Origin: an uncultured delta proteobacterium
Lineage (GTDB): Bacteria > Myxococcota > Kuafuiibacteriia > Kuafuiibacteriales > Kuafuiibacteriaceae
Assembly (NCBI GenBank): GCA_963803435.1
Contig: CAWDML010000001.1
Span: 2,880,001 to 2,944,000 of the forward strand
Direction of reading: 5' to 3'
DNA length: 64,000 bases
Part shown: positions 38,682 through 47,601 of the stretch, piece after piece
Numbering within the stretch: the first letter of the stretch is position 1
Layout of the letters: each line of letters starts with the position of its first letter
Made by a program: the position numbers and the translations under genes
The notes under the pieces: model-generated
The model's input: the letters and a program-made list of their open reading frames with translations, nothing else
Told to the model about the DNA's origin: nothing
Databases searched by the model: none

Positions 38682-39530
38682 ATGTTCGTGATCATTGGGG
38701 CTATCGTCGTCATCGGAAGCATCGTGGCCGGATACACGATGCACGGCGGCCAACTGCTCATCCTGTTTCAGATCACGGAGTTCATCATCATCGGTGGCGC
38801 CGCCATCGGCTCGCTGTTGATCTCGAACCCGCTGCCCGTGACGAAGGACCTGTTCAAGCGCGTGCTGGGCTCGTTCAAGAGCTCGTCGGTCGACGCCAAG
38901 GCCTACGAGGAGCTCCTCAAGGTGCTCTACAAGCTGGCGCAGGTGGCCCGCCGCGACGGATTCGTGGCGCTCGAGCAGCACTTCGAGAACCCGACGCAGA
39001 GCTCGATCCTGTCGAGCGCGCCGATCCTGATGGCGAACCACCACGCGGTCGAGTTCCTCTGCGACACGCTTCGCACGGTCTCCATCGGCGTCGATGCGTT
39101 CGACCTCGAGGAGTTGATGGACAAGGATCTGGAGACCATCCACCACGAGGAGATGCTGGCGCCCTCCGCGCTGACCACGCTCTCCGACTCGCTGCCCGGC
39201 CTCGGAATCGTGGCGGCGGTGCTCGGCGTCGTGATCACGATGGGCAAGATCGACCAGCCGCCCGAGGTCATTGGACACAGCGTCGCCGCGGCGCTGGTCG
39301 GAACCTTCATCGGCATCCTGCTCTGCTACGGGTTCGTCGGACCGCTCGCCAAGAATATCGAGCACCGGATCGACTCCGAAGGACAGTATCTGCTCTGCAT
39401 GAAGACGGGCCTCCTGGCGCTGGCCAAGGGAACGACGCCCGGCCTGGTCATCGAATATGCGCGCCGCGCGATCGCGCTGGAGAACCGGCCCTCGTTCGTG
39501 AACGCGGAAGCCATGGTCAAGAGCTCATGA
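38682..39530 (+). CDS. motA: Flagellar motor stator protein MotA
   Basis: EFIIIGGAAIG; ARRDG..ALE; LPGLGIVAAVLGVV; ALVGTFIGILLCYGFVGP; EYARR. Confidence 0.92.
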   Translation: MFVIIGAIVVIGSIVAGYTMHGGQLLILFQITEFIIIGGAAIGSLLISNPLPVTKDLFKRVLGSFKSSSVDAKAYEELLKVLYKLAQVARRDGFVALEQHFENPTQSSILSSAPILMANHHAVEFLCDTLRTVSIGVDAFDLEELMDKDLETIHHEEMLAPSALTTLSDSLPGLGIVAAVLGVVITMGKIDQPPEVIGHSVAAALVGTFIGILLCYGFVGPLAKNIEHRIDSEGQYLLCMKTGLLALAKGTTPGLVIEYARRAIALENRPSFVNAEAMVKSS

Positions 39531-40435
39531 CCAAGATCATCATCAGGAAAAAGAAGGTTCGCGGCCACGGCGGGCACCACGGCGGCGCTTGGAAGGTCGC
39601 CTACGCCGACTTCGTCACGGCGATGATGGCGTTCTTTCTGGTGATGTGGATCCTCGGCTTGAGCGAAGACACCCGAAAGGCGATCTCGGGCTACTTCACC
39701 GAGCCGGGCCTCTTCAGCTTCACCACGGGCAAGGCGCTGCCGATCGAGGTCGTCCCCTCGCAGTCGCGCTATCGCTCCACGACCGAGGGTCCCGACGGAG
39801 CCGCCGCGGGACAGCTGGTCCCCAACCGCCAGAAGCTCGCCAGCGCCGGCGAGCAGATCCAGGAGACGCTCAAGAAGCTGGGCGCGAACGACGACGCCAT
39901 GCGACGGCTCCTCGAGTCCGTCAGCGTGACGATCACCGGCGAAGGGCTGAGGATCGAGCTCGTGGAGGGCGAGCGATCCGGTTTCTTCGACGTCGGCGGT
40001 GCCAAGCCGAACGATCCAGCGATCAGGATCCTCTCGGCGCTGGCGCCTCAGCTCGCGAAGCTCGGACAGCCGATCCGGATCGAAGGACACACCGACAGCC
40101 GGAAGTTCGTCTCCAGAAAGGGCACCTACGGCAACTGGGAGCTCTCGACCGATCGCGCCAACGCCGCGCGGAGGATCCTGCTCACGAACGGGGTCAAGGA
40201 CGATCAGATCGACTCGGTGGTCGGCTACGCGGCCAATCAGCTTCGCAACCCCCAGGATCCGCTCTCGATCTCGAACCGCCGCGTCTCGATCCTGGTCCGT
40301 GAGACCCCGGCGCCCAAGGGCGACAAGAACGAGAACGCGGTCCCTCCGGTCATCTCGATCGGTGACCTCGACGGCGCCCTCAAAGGGGCGGCGCCGCGGG
40401 CCGGCTCCCCCGGGCCAGAAACACCACCGGGATGA
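39527..40435 (+). CDS. motB: Flagellar motor stator protein MotB
   Basis: HGGAWKVAYADFVTAMMAFFLVMW; OmpA-like domain EGHTDS...NWELSTDRA...NRRV; ATGA overlap with motA. Confidence 0.92.
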   Translation: MTKIIIRKKKVRGHGGHHGGAWKVAYADFVTAMMAFFLVMWILGLSEDTRKAISGYFTEPGLFSFTTGKALPIEVVPSQSRYRSTTEGPDGAAAGQLVPNRQKLASAGEQIQETLKKLGANDDAMRRLLESVSVTITGEGLRIELVEGERSGFFDVGGAKPNDPAIRILSALAPQLAKLGQPIRIEGHTDSRKFVSRKGTYGNWELSTDRANAARRILLTNGVKDDQIDSVVGYAANQLRNPQDPLSISNRRVSILVRETPAPKGDKNENAVPPVISIGDLDGALKGAAPRAGSPGPETPPG

Positions 40436-40504
40436 CCAGGAGAGGATCCACCGCACGTCCAAGGCGCTCCAGCCCGCGTGAATGAGGCCCGGGTCAGACC
40501 GACG

Positions 40505-41281
40505 TCAGCGCGCGCGGCGCGAGCTCTTTCTCGGCGCGGGGCCCAGGTACTCCACCGACTCGGCCGGCAAGGTCCTCAGGACCTGTTGCGCGGAGCCCTC
40601 CGCCGCGTTTGCGACGGTGACCGGCTGCCAGAGCGCGGTCGCGAGCAGACCGACGTGCTCCGCGTCGAAGCCGAGATCGAGGCAGGCGGCGGCGAACACG
40701 ATCGAGATGTTCGGCTCGACGCTTCGCTCGGCGCGCATCAGCGCGATCAACCGCTGCGTCATCCTCCAGTATGGGAGGCCGCCACGTCCGCGCGCATCGA
40801 TCCGCTCCGACAGTGCGATCACCCGCTCGTCCCGCCCGCGCGCCGGGACACCGAAGCCCAAGAGCCGGCCGCCCTTCCCCAGCTCGGCCGCCAGCTCCTC
40901 GGCGAGGGCCTCGGCCGCCGGATCATCGCCGCGGCGTGCCCGGATCTGCTGGAGCCATCGGGCCGGCCCCTGGGTGGTCCACGACCCGATCATCGCCTCG
41001 TCCATCGCGTACGTGGCCGCGGCGACGCCCGCGAGGCTGCTGCCGTAGGCCGAGGCCACCCGGACCAGCTTGCAAGGCCAGATTCGCGGATCGGCCACGG
41101 CGACCACCACCGCGAGGTCGTCGAGCATCGCCGCCTCTTCGGGGGTGCGGCGGCGTCCGTCCAGCGCGAGCGCGAGCAGGGAGGCGACGGACTCGCTGCC
41201 GAGCAGCTCCCGATACAGCGAGGCGCCGCGGAACCGGTGGTCGTCGAAGCCGGCGTCTCCGACGCGCGTCTCGATCTTCAT
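40505..41281 (-). CDS. Citrate synthase/citryl-CoA lyase-fold protein with divergent catalytic motifs
   Basis: Start MKIETRVG in an ATGA overlap; FRGASLYRELLG; ADPRIW; LLGFGVP...DER; EPNIS. Confidence 0.6.
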   Translation of the reverse strand: MKIETRVGDAGFDDHRFRGASLYRELLGSESVASLLALALDGRRRTPEEAAMLDDLAVVVAVADPRIWPCKLVRVASAYGSSLAGVAAATYAMDEAMIGSWTTQGPARWLQQIRARRGDDPAAEALAEELAAELGKGGRLLGFGVPARGRDERVIALSERIDARGRGGLPYWRMTQRLIALMRAERSVEPNISIVFAAACLDLGFDAEHVGLLATALWQPVTVANAAEGSAQQVLRTLPAESVEYLGPAPRKSSRRAR

Positions 41282-41952
41282 GGCTCGCGGTACTCGAACT
41301 CCGGAAGCCGGAGCGGATACTCGTTGAAGGAGACGGGTCGCGCCTCGATCCCCTCCGCCAGCGACGCCGGGAGCGACGCGACGGCGAGCGCGGCCACCAG
41401 GCGCTCGACCGAGTCGAGCCCGCACCAGACCAGCACCGAGATCAGCGCGGCGGTGCGCGAGAGCGGAGCCGCCACGCAGGCAGGCGCGCCGTCGCCGATC
41501 GCAGCCGCCAGCGCGGCGCGCGACCGTTCGTCCTCCGGTGCGTTCGAGACGTACGCCGCGGGGGGCTCCCCCTCCCCGAGCTGCGCCCACGCGATCAGGT
41601 CACGGTGGGCGGCGACCACCGAGGCCGCGCGTTCCGCGGCTGCGATCGCGGTGGTTCCGACCAGCGGTGCCGGCGCCGCGCCGCAGATCCGCGCCAGCAC
41701 CGCCGCGTGGGCCGGCGCCTCCGCGACCGAGATCGCCGAGAGGAACGTCATCGACGCCTCGAACGCACGACCGCGCGCGCGATCGGGCTCGCGACCCGTC
41801 AGCGCCAGCAGGACGACCTCGGCGAAGGTGAAGCTGGGCGCCAGATCGCGCTCGACATCGAACCCGTAGAGGAGCGGATCGGGGCCGGGCCTGACCGCGC
41901 GCGCCGCCAGTCGATCCGGGCAAGGGAGGAGGTAGGCGGGGCCTTTCGTCAT
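41278..41952 (-). CDS. Second, shorter citrate-synthase-like protein
   Basis: Start MTKGPAY in an ATGA overlap; LYGFDVERDLA...FAEVVLLALTGREP; EAPAHAAVLARICG. Confidence 0.55.
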   Translation of the reverse strand: MTKGPAYLLPCPDRLAARAVRPGPDPLLYGFDVERDLAPSFTFAEVVLLALTGREPDRARGRAFEASMTFLSAISVAEAPAHAAVLARICGAAPAPLVGTTAIAAAERAASVVAAHRDLIAWAQLGEGEPPAAYVSNAPEDERSRAALAAAIGDGAPACVAAPLSRTAALISVLVWCGLDSVERLVAALAVASLPASLAEGIEARPVSFNEYPLRLPEFEYREP

Positions 41953-43710
41953 GGCTTGATGAACCCGGCGAGCGACCGGGCTCGCGCGCCCAGCGGCGGC
42001 GAGATCTCGGGATCGACCAGGACCTCGATCACCGAGGGCACGCGCGACGCCAGCGCCTCTTCGACGACCTGGCGGACCTGCGACGGCGAATCGACCGTGA
42101 ACGTGTTCATGCCCATGGCGCGCGCGATCGCAGCGACCTCGATGTTCCGGCGGTACCGGATCCCCATCAGCTTGCGCTGGTGCTCGGAGACCTTGTCGCT
42201 GGCATGCCAGGTGATGCCGTGCATGTTGTTGTTCTCGACGATCCACACCACCGGGACGTCGTACTCGCGGGCAGTCAACAGATCCATGCCGTTCATCGTG
42301 AAGCAGGCGTCGCCGACGATCGCGATGACGGGGCGCCCTGGGTTCGCCAGCGCCGCGCCGATCGGCGCCACCGTGCCGTGACCCATCGAGCCGAACCCGA
42401 GGTTGAGCAGGAAGCGCTGCTGGGCCCGAACCTCGAGGTCGTGGAGGTTGAAGAGCATGTGGCCCCCGATGTCGGAGAAGATCAGCGCGTCGTCCGGCAA
42501 CGCGCTCATCAGCTCGACGCGCCAGCGCTGGGGCGTCATCGGGTCGGCGGAGGAGGCGCGCAGATCGGGTCGATCGTAGCGGGCCTCGCCCGAAGGCGGA
42601 GGAGGAAGGCGCGGCCAGATCGACTTGGGTGCCTCGCCTTCGCGAAGGCGACGATGCACGTGATAGACCAGCTCGACCAGGATCGTCTGCGCGTCGCCGA
42701 TGAGCGGCAGGTCGACCGGATAGTTGCGGCCGATCCGATCCGCGTCGATGTCGATCTGAATGAGGCGGTCGGTGGGGCGGAGCCGCGGATCCCAGGTGAG
42801 CGTGGTGGTCTCGTTGAGCGAGGCACCGATGGTGAGCAGGACGTCCGCGTCGTCGCCCAGGATCGTCTCCCGCGCAGCGCGGTGACCGGCCAACCCCAGC
42901 ACGCCCAGCGAGAGCTCGTGGTCCTCAGGGAACAGACCCTTGCCGCGGGGCGTGGTGGCGACGCGGGCGGGAAGCATCTCGGCGAGGGTGCGCACGTGCT
43001 CGGTCGCCCGCGCCACCGCGACGCCGGAGCCCGCGAGGAAGACGGGACGCTTCGCGGCGAGCAGCGCCTCGGAGGCCGCCTGCACGGCCCGCCGATCGAA
43101 GGTCCGGGTCTCGGTGCGGTACGTCGACGGCTGGAACCAGTCCTCGTGGGCCTCCTGCTCCCAGAGATCGACGGGGACGTTGAGGTGGACCGGACCCGGC
43201 CGGCCGGAGAGCGCCAGGCGCAGCGCGCGCCGCAGGTGGTGCGCCATGCTCTGCGCCGACGTCACCATCGTCGAGTACTTCGCCACCGGCCGGAACATCG
43301 CGACGATGTCGATGTCCTCGCGCGTGGTCTCCTGCGCCGCCCCGCGACCGAGCGCGTGCGAGGCGGCCTGACCCGTCAGCACCAGCATCGGCACGCCGTC
43401 GGCGAAGGCGCAGGCGACGCCGGTCAAGAGGTTGGTGGCGCCGGGTCCGCTCGTCCCGGCGCAGACCGCGATCCCGCGGCCAGCGCGCGCGAATCCGTCG
43501 GCCATGAACGCGGCGCCTTCCTCGTGCTTCGGGACGATCAGGCGAAGCTCTTCGTCGTACTCGACGGCTTCGAAGAACGGATGGAGCAGCCCACCCGGGA
43601 TCCCGAAGACCACGCTCGCTCCTTCCGCTTTGAGATATTCGAGAAACACGTCGATGGCGCGGAGCGCCGTCGGAGCTCGGTTTCTCGCGCGGATCTCACT
43701 TGTTCGACAT
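41949..43710 (-). CDS. Thiamine diphosphate-dependent enzyme (acetolactate synthase-like superfamily)
   Basis: VFGIPGG; KHEEGAAFMADG; TSGPGATN; GDACFTMNG...ENN. The literal ORF starts at 43649. Removing one base near 43700 gives the start MSNSEIRARN at 43710. Confidence 0.88.
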
Positions 43711-45424
43711 CCTCCGGATCGTCACGACCCGTCCGAAGGCCTCGTCCGGACTTGCTGCGCGACGCATCCGACTTCATGACGATCGGGAAGTGCGCCCAGA
43801 ACGTGGAGCCCAGCCCCTCCTTCGACATCACCTCGAGCTTGCCGCCCACCTGATCGAGCAGCTGCACCACGACCGAGAGCCCGAGCCCGTAGCTCTCGAA
43901 GTCCCCGCGTTGGATCGGCACCTTACGGGCTTCGAAGATCTTCGAGATCTCCTCCTGCTTGATTCCGCAGCCGGTGTCCGAGATCTTGATCGTCAGGAAC
44001 CCTGGCGTGCCGTCGAGCTCGACGACGATGCTGCCGCGGGCCGTGTACTTCGCAGCGTTCGTGAGGAGGTTGTCGACCACGCGATCGAACACGAGGGCGT
44101 CGGTGATGATCGTCTCGGGGACCTCGCGGTTGGAGAACACGCTAACCCGCACGTCCCGGCCGCGGACCAGCGCGTTGAGGCGCTTGCGCAGGCGATCACC
44201 GAGCGGGGCGGCCTCGAGCGCCTTTCCCTCGAGCGGGATCATCGAGTTGTCGGAGACGGCGATGTCGATCAGCTCTTCGAGGAGCCGCTTCATGCGCTCG
44301 ACCGCGACCTCGTGGTTCTCGACGAGATCCTGGGCGTGGGGCCCGTCGTCGGCCAGGTACTCGCGGAGGAAGTCGGTCTCCACCGCCAGCCAGGTCAACG
44401 GATTGCGCAGATCGTGCGAGACGCCGCGGAGCGTCGTCTGGCGCACGCGATTCAGCTCGGTGACGCGCTCCACGACGGCGTCCAGCGCGGCCGAGCGCTC
44501 CGCGACGCGCGCTTCCATGATCCGCGCCCAATCGCGCTGGCGCTGGTTCAGCTCGAAGAGCTCGCGTCTCGCCTCGGCGTCCTCGCGGGCCACCGCCGTG
44601 AAGGCGCCCTGGAGGTCCTGCCCGAACCTGAGGTTGGCGCGATTGGTGCGCCGCAGCTCGAGGGCGTAGCCGACCACGCCCCCTAGGACCCCGGTCATGC
44701 TCATCAATGGAATGGCGAAATCGAGCTGCGTGAAGATCAGCCCGAGCACCAATCCCAAGAGGACGCCGGCGAGGACCGGGAGGTCTCGCCGATGCTGGTG
44801 GATGCGAACCTCGTACTCGCAACACTGGTCGCCGTGGGCGATGCACGACTTCTCCGTGAGATAGGCAGGAGGCAGCCCCCAGAGTGTGGGAAAGTTCGCC
44901 GTGTGCGCCTGACGCGAGAGGCACATCAACCGGCTCTCCGGGTGCTGGCTCGTATAGCGGCACGTGAAGTGGGTCGCCGTGTGCCAGGTATTCTCGATCT
45001 TGGAGATCGAGCTGATCATGTGGTGGCTCTTGGCGCCGAACTCGTAGACTTGCTTGGGCGAGAGGGCCATCACAACGAAGCGAAGCACCCCGTATCCTTC
45101 GCTTCCGAATCGATGGATGCAGGCATCCGTGAACTCTTGATCGTCGCCCATCAACGCGCGGGCGCCGGCGAGCAGCGACTCGAACTGGGAGAGCGTGACC
45201 CAGTGTGAACGGCCGTCCAGACTCTGCCGGTCGATGTCGGCCTCCGAACAGACCGCATCGAGCGCTTCCGAACCGTAGCGGTCCTGTACGAACTGCGCGA
45301 AGGTATGAAGGATCCGGAGGTTGAGGTCCGGGCTCCGTTCGGGCGCCGTATCCTCAACCTGTTGGAGCTTTTGGACCGTCTCGGCCGCCCTCTCCCTCAC
45401 GATCGAATCCCAAATATGCCACAC
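43538..45424 (-). CDS. Sensor histidine kinase with an N-terminal V4R/H-NOX-like domain and a transmembrane hairpin
   Basis: CLSRQ...EKSCIAHGDQCCEY; two hydrophobic helices; SHDLRNPL; NLLTNAAKY; DTGCG; GLGL. The true stop is probably near 43696 if the single indel is corrected. Confidence 0.88.
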   Translation of the reverse strand: MWHIWDSIVRERAAETVQKLQQVEDTAPERSPDLNLRILHTFAQFVQDRYGSEALDAVCSEADIDRQSLDGRSHWVTLSQFESLLAGARALMGDDQEFTDACIHRFGSEGYGVLRFVVMALSPKQVYEFGAKSHHMISSISKIENTWHTATHFTCRYTSQHPESRLMCLSRQAHTANFPTLWGLPPAYLTEKSCIAHGDQCCEYEVRIHQHRRDLPVLAGVLLGLVLGLIFTQLDFAIPLMSMTGVLGGVVGYALELRRTNRANLRFGQDLQGAFTAVAREDAEARRELFELNQRQRDWARIMEARVAERSAALDAVVERVTELNRVRQTTLRGVSHDLRNPLTWLAVETDFLREYLADDGPHAQDLVENHEVAVERMKRLLEELIDIAVSDNSMIPLEGKALEAAPLGDRLRKRLNALVRGRDVRVSVFSNREVPETIITDALVFDRVVDNLLTNAAKYTARGSIVVELDGTPGFLTIKISDTGCGIKQEEISKIFEARKVPIQRGDFESYGLGLSVVVQLLDQVGGKLEVMSKEGLGSTFWAHFPIVMKSDASRSKSGRGLRTGRDDPEDVEQVRSARETELRRRSAPSTCFSNISKRKERAWSSGSRVGCSIRSSKPSSTTKSFA

Positions 45425-45531
45425 GGGGATGGCGTAGACCGAGGATCTGTTGTGGGGTCCCGGCCGGGTGGGGATTCCGGGGCAGACGAGGCGCTAAAGT
45501 AGCAGGACATTGGTCCGATAGAGCCGGCACC

Positions 45532-47601
45532 ATGGACCGCCGTGACTCCTACCGTCTCTCACTCGAACAGGGCCAAGCCCGTGTTCTCACAGCAGGTGGA
45601 GACCGCCTCCCGCTGGTCGACATCAGCGCGGGTGGCATGGCCGTGGTGGTTTCACCGTTGTCCCTTCCACTTCTTTCGGCAGCGCCGACCACGATCCACC
45701 TGGGCGGGCGCTCGTTCGACGCGATGATCGATCCGGTCCGTATGGACCCGACCTGCGACGCGAGGGTGCGGGTCGGCGGTCGATTCCGAGCGCTGTCCGA
45801 GAACGGGCGCCGGACGCTGGCCCGATTCCTCGTGGACGGCTTCCTCGAGCAGAACCGCCTCCTCGATCGTCTCGAATCCGCCGGGAGCCCGTGCCTGTCG
45901 TGGCAGGACCCGAAGCGCATCGAGGCGCTGCTTCGCCTCCACGCGTTGAAGCAGAACCTGCTGCGCGTCTACGTCGGTGGCTGCACGGCACCTTCGATGC
46001 ACGTACGGCTGGTCGCGGTCGTGAAGGATCGGGAGCGGCCGGAGCTCATCGTCGAGGCGGTGGGTGAGGCTGCGCCCCTCGACGAATCGCAGCTCACCGT
46101 GGTGATCGCGGATCACGGCTCCGTCTATCAGTTCCGCACCTGGATCCGGCACAGTGCGTTCCGGCTCCTCCATCTCGCCTTTCCGCTGGAGCTCCGGCAG
46201 TCCGGCTTTCGCGACTCCATCCGCACCGGCCTACCCGAGGACGTCGCCCATGTCCGGCTGGGCGGGCCGCTCGATGCGCTCTTCGTGGTCAGCGACGTCG
46301 GTGCGCGCGGCTTCTCGTTCGCGAGCGATGAGCTGAGCGCGATGGTCCCCGGCCAGCACCTCCCCGCACTCCAGATCCAGATCCCGGGGCACGAGGTCCG
46401 CGGAGCCGGCGTCGTTCGATTTGTCAGCGGCGTCGCCGGAGAGCGCCATCGCTACGGGGTCGAGATCCTCGACTTCGAGAGCGCAGCGGAGCAAAAGCGA
46501 TGGGCCAGCTTCGTCTTCCATCGGACACATCCGAACGTCACGCTCGACACGCCGAAGGCCTTCGCCCCCGCGTGGTACCTTCTCAACGCCTCCGACTACA
46601 TTTCAGGGTGGACACCCGAGCGCGAGCGCGGCCGGATTGCCCGCGCCTACGGGAAGAGCTGGCGGTCGGTGTCCGAGAGCAACGGCCATCTCCTGCTCCT
46701 CCACCGCGAGGGGCGCGCGATTGGGACCGTCGCCGGAAGCCGCGTGTTCCCCAGGAGCTGGATGGTCCATCACCTCGGCGTCGACCGTAAGGAGCGCACC
46801 GCCGGCAAGCGCGAGGAGTTCCTCGACTATTCGCGGGAGCTGTACTCGGCGATCATGTACATGGTCCAGCACGTCGCGGAGACGCAGTACTTCGCGATCT
46901 GGGTCGAGCAGAACAAGCGCTGGAACGAGCTGCTCTACTCGGACTTCGTCCGCGCCTACTCGGACACGTCGGCCTCCCAGCTGACGCAGAACATGGTGTT
47001 CAAGTATCAGTGCGCGCAAGCCCCGGCACCGGCGCTGGTGGTCCACGAGGATCCGACGCTCGAGATCGTCGCGGCCGGCCCGGAGGAGACGCGCGACTTC
47101 GCGGAACGCCTCCCCGAGGTCATGGAGGCCATCGAGATCGACGCCTTCTCGCTGTCACCTCAGGAGATCTCCATGGGCGCGTTCAGCAGCGAGTGCGCGG
47201 CGACGGGCTACGAGCGAACACGCACGATTCTATCTGGCACGTCGCGACTCGGCTCCGATTGCCGGCCTTATCGCCGAGACCGGCCTCGACGGCGCCAACG
47301 TCTTCGGCCTGCTCAACATGTGCCGGATCGTCTCCCTGAGCCCCGGCGTCGCGGTCTCGAGAGAGGTCAAGACCGCGCTCCTCCAAGCCGCGATCCGACA
47401 CTATCGAGAGGCCGGAAAGCTTCAGTTCATTTTCCTCGACGACAGCGGCCCCGCCGACCAGGACGTCATCGCCCTGGGCTTCACAGCGGTCTCACCCGGC
47501 GTCCGCTGGATCGTCCGGCGGGACGTCGTCCCGGGGTGGCTCAGCTATGTCGACGACATTTTCAAGGTCCAAATCAAGAGAAGAGAGAGAACGCACCATG
47601 A
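45532..47601 (+). CDS. Double-PilZ protein with a C-terminal GNAT-like region; frameshift near 47230
   Basis: RDSYR...DISAGG and RDSIR...DVGARG. The C-terminus continues as IYLARRDSAPIAGLIAETGLDGANVFGLLNMCRIV in the frame of ORF 47318-47686; the exact end is uncertain. Confidence 0.72.
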   Translation: MDRRDSYRLSLEQGQARVLTAGGDRLPLVDISAGGMAVVVSPLSLPLLSAAPTTIHLGGRSFDAMIDPVRMDPTCDARVRVGGRFRALSENGRRTLARFLVDGFLEQNRLLDRLESAGSPCLSWQDPKRIEALLRLHALKQNLLRVYVGGCTAPSMHVRLVAVVKDRERPELIVEAVGEAAPLDESQLTVVIADHGSVYQFRTWIRHSAFRLLHLAFPLELRQSGFRDSIRTGLPEDVAHVRLGGPLDALFVVSDVGARGFSFASDELSAMVPGQHLPALQIQIPGHEVRGAGVVRFVSGVAGERHRYGVEILDFESAAEQKRWASFVFHRTHPNVTLDTPKAFAPAWYLLNASDYISGWTPERERGRIARAYGKSWRSVSESNGHLLLLHREGRAIGTVAGSRVFPRSWMVHHLGVDRKERTAGKREEFLDYSRELYSAIMYMVQHVAETQYFAIWVEQNKRWNELLYSDFVRAYSDTSASQLTQNMVFKYQCAQAPAPALVVHEDPTLEIVAAGPEETRDFAERLPEVMEAIEIDAFSLSPQEISMGAFSSECAATGYERTRTILSGTSRLGSDCRPYRRDRPRRRQRLRPAQHVPDRLPEPRRRGLERGQDRAPPSRDPTLSRGRKASVHFPRRQRPRRPGRHRPGLHSGLTRRPLDRPAGRRPGVAQLCRRHFQGPNQEKRENAP

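Noticed and set aside
38682-40435. Zorya anti-phage system (ZorAB)
   Set aside because: MotA is normal length with no long ZorA tail, flagellar-stator motifs are canonical, and no zorC/D/E genes are adjacent.
40505-41952. Gene symbols gltA or prpC
   Set aside because: The proteins are too short and lack the catalytic His/Asp motifs.
41949-43649. Gene symbol ilvB
   Set aside because: No regulatory subunit or other ilv genes nearby, so only the superfamily is supported.
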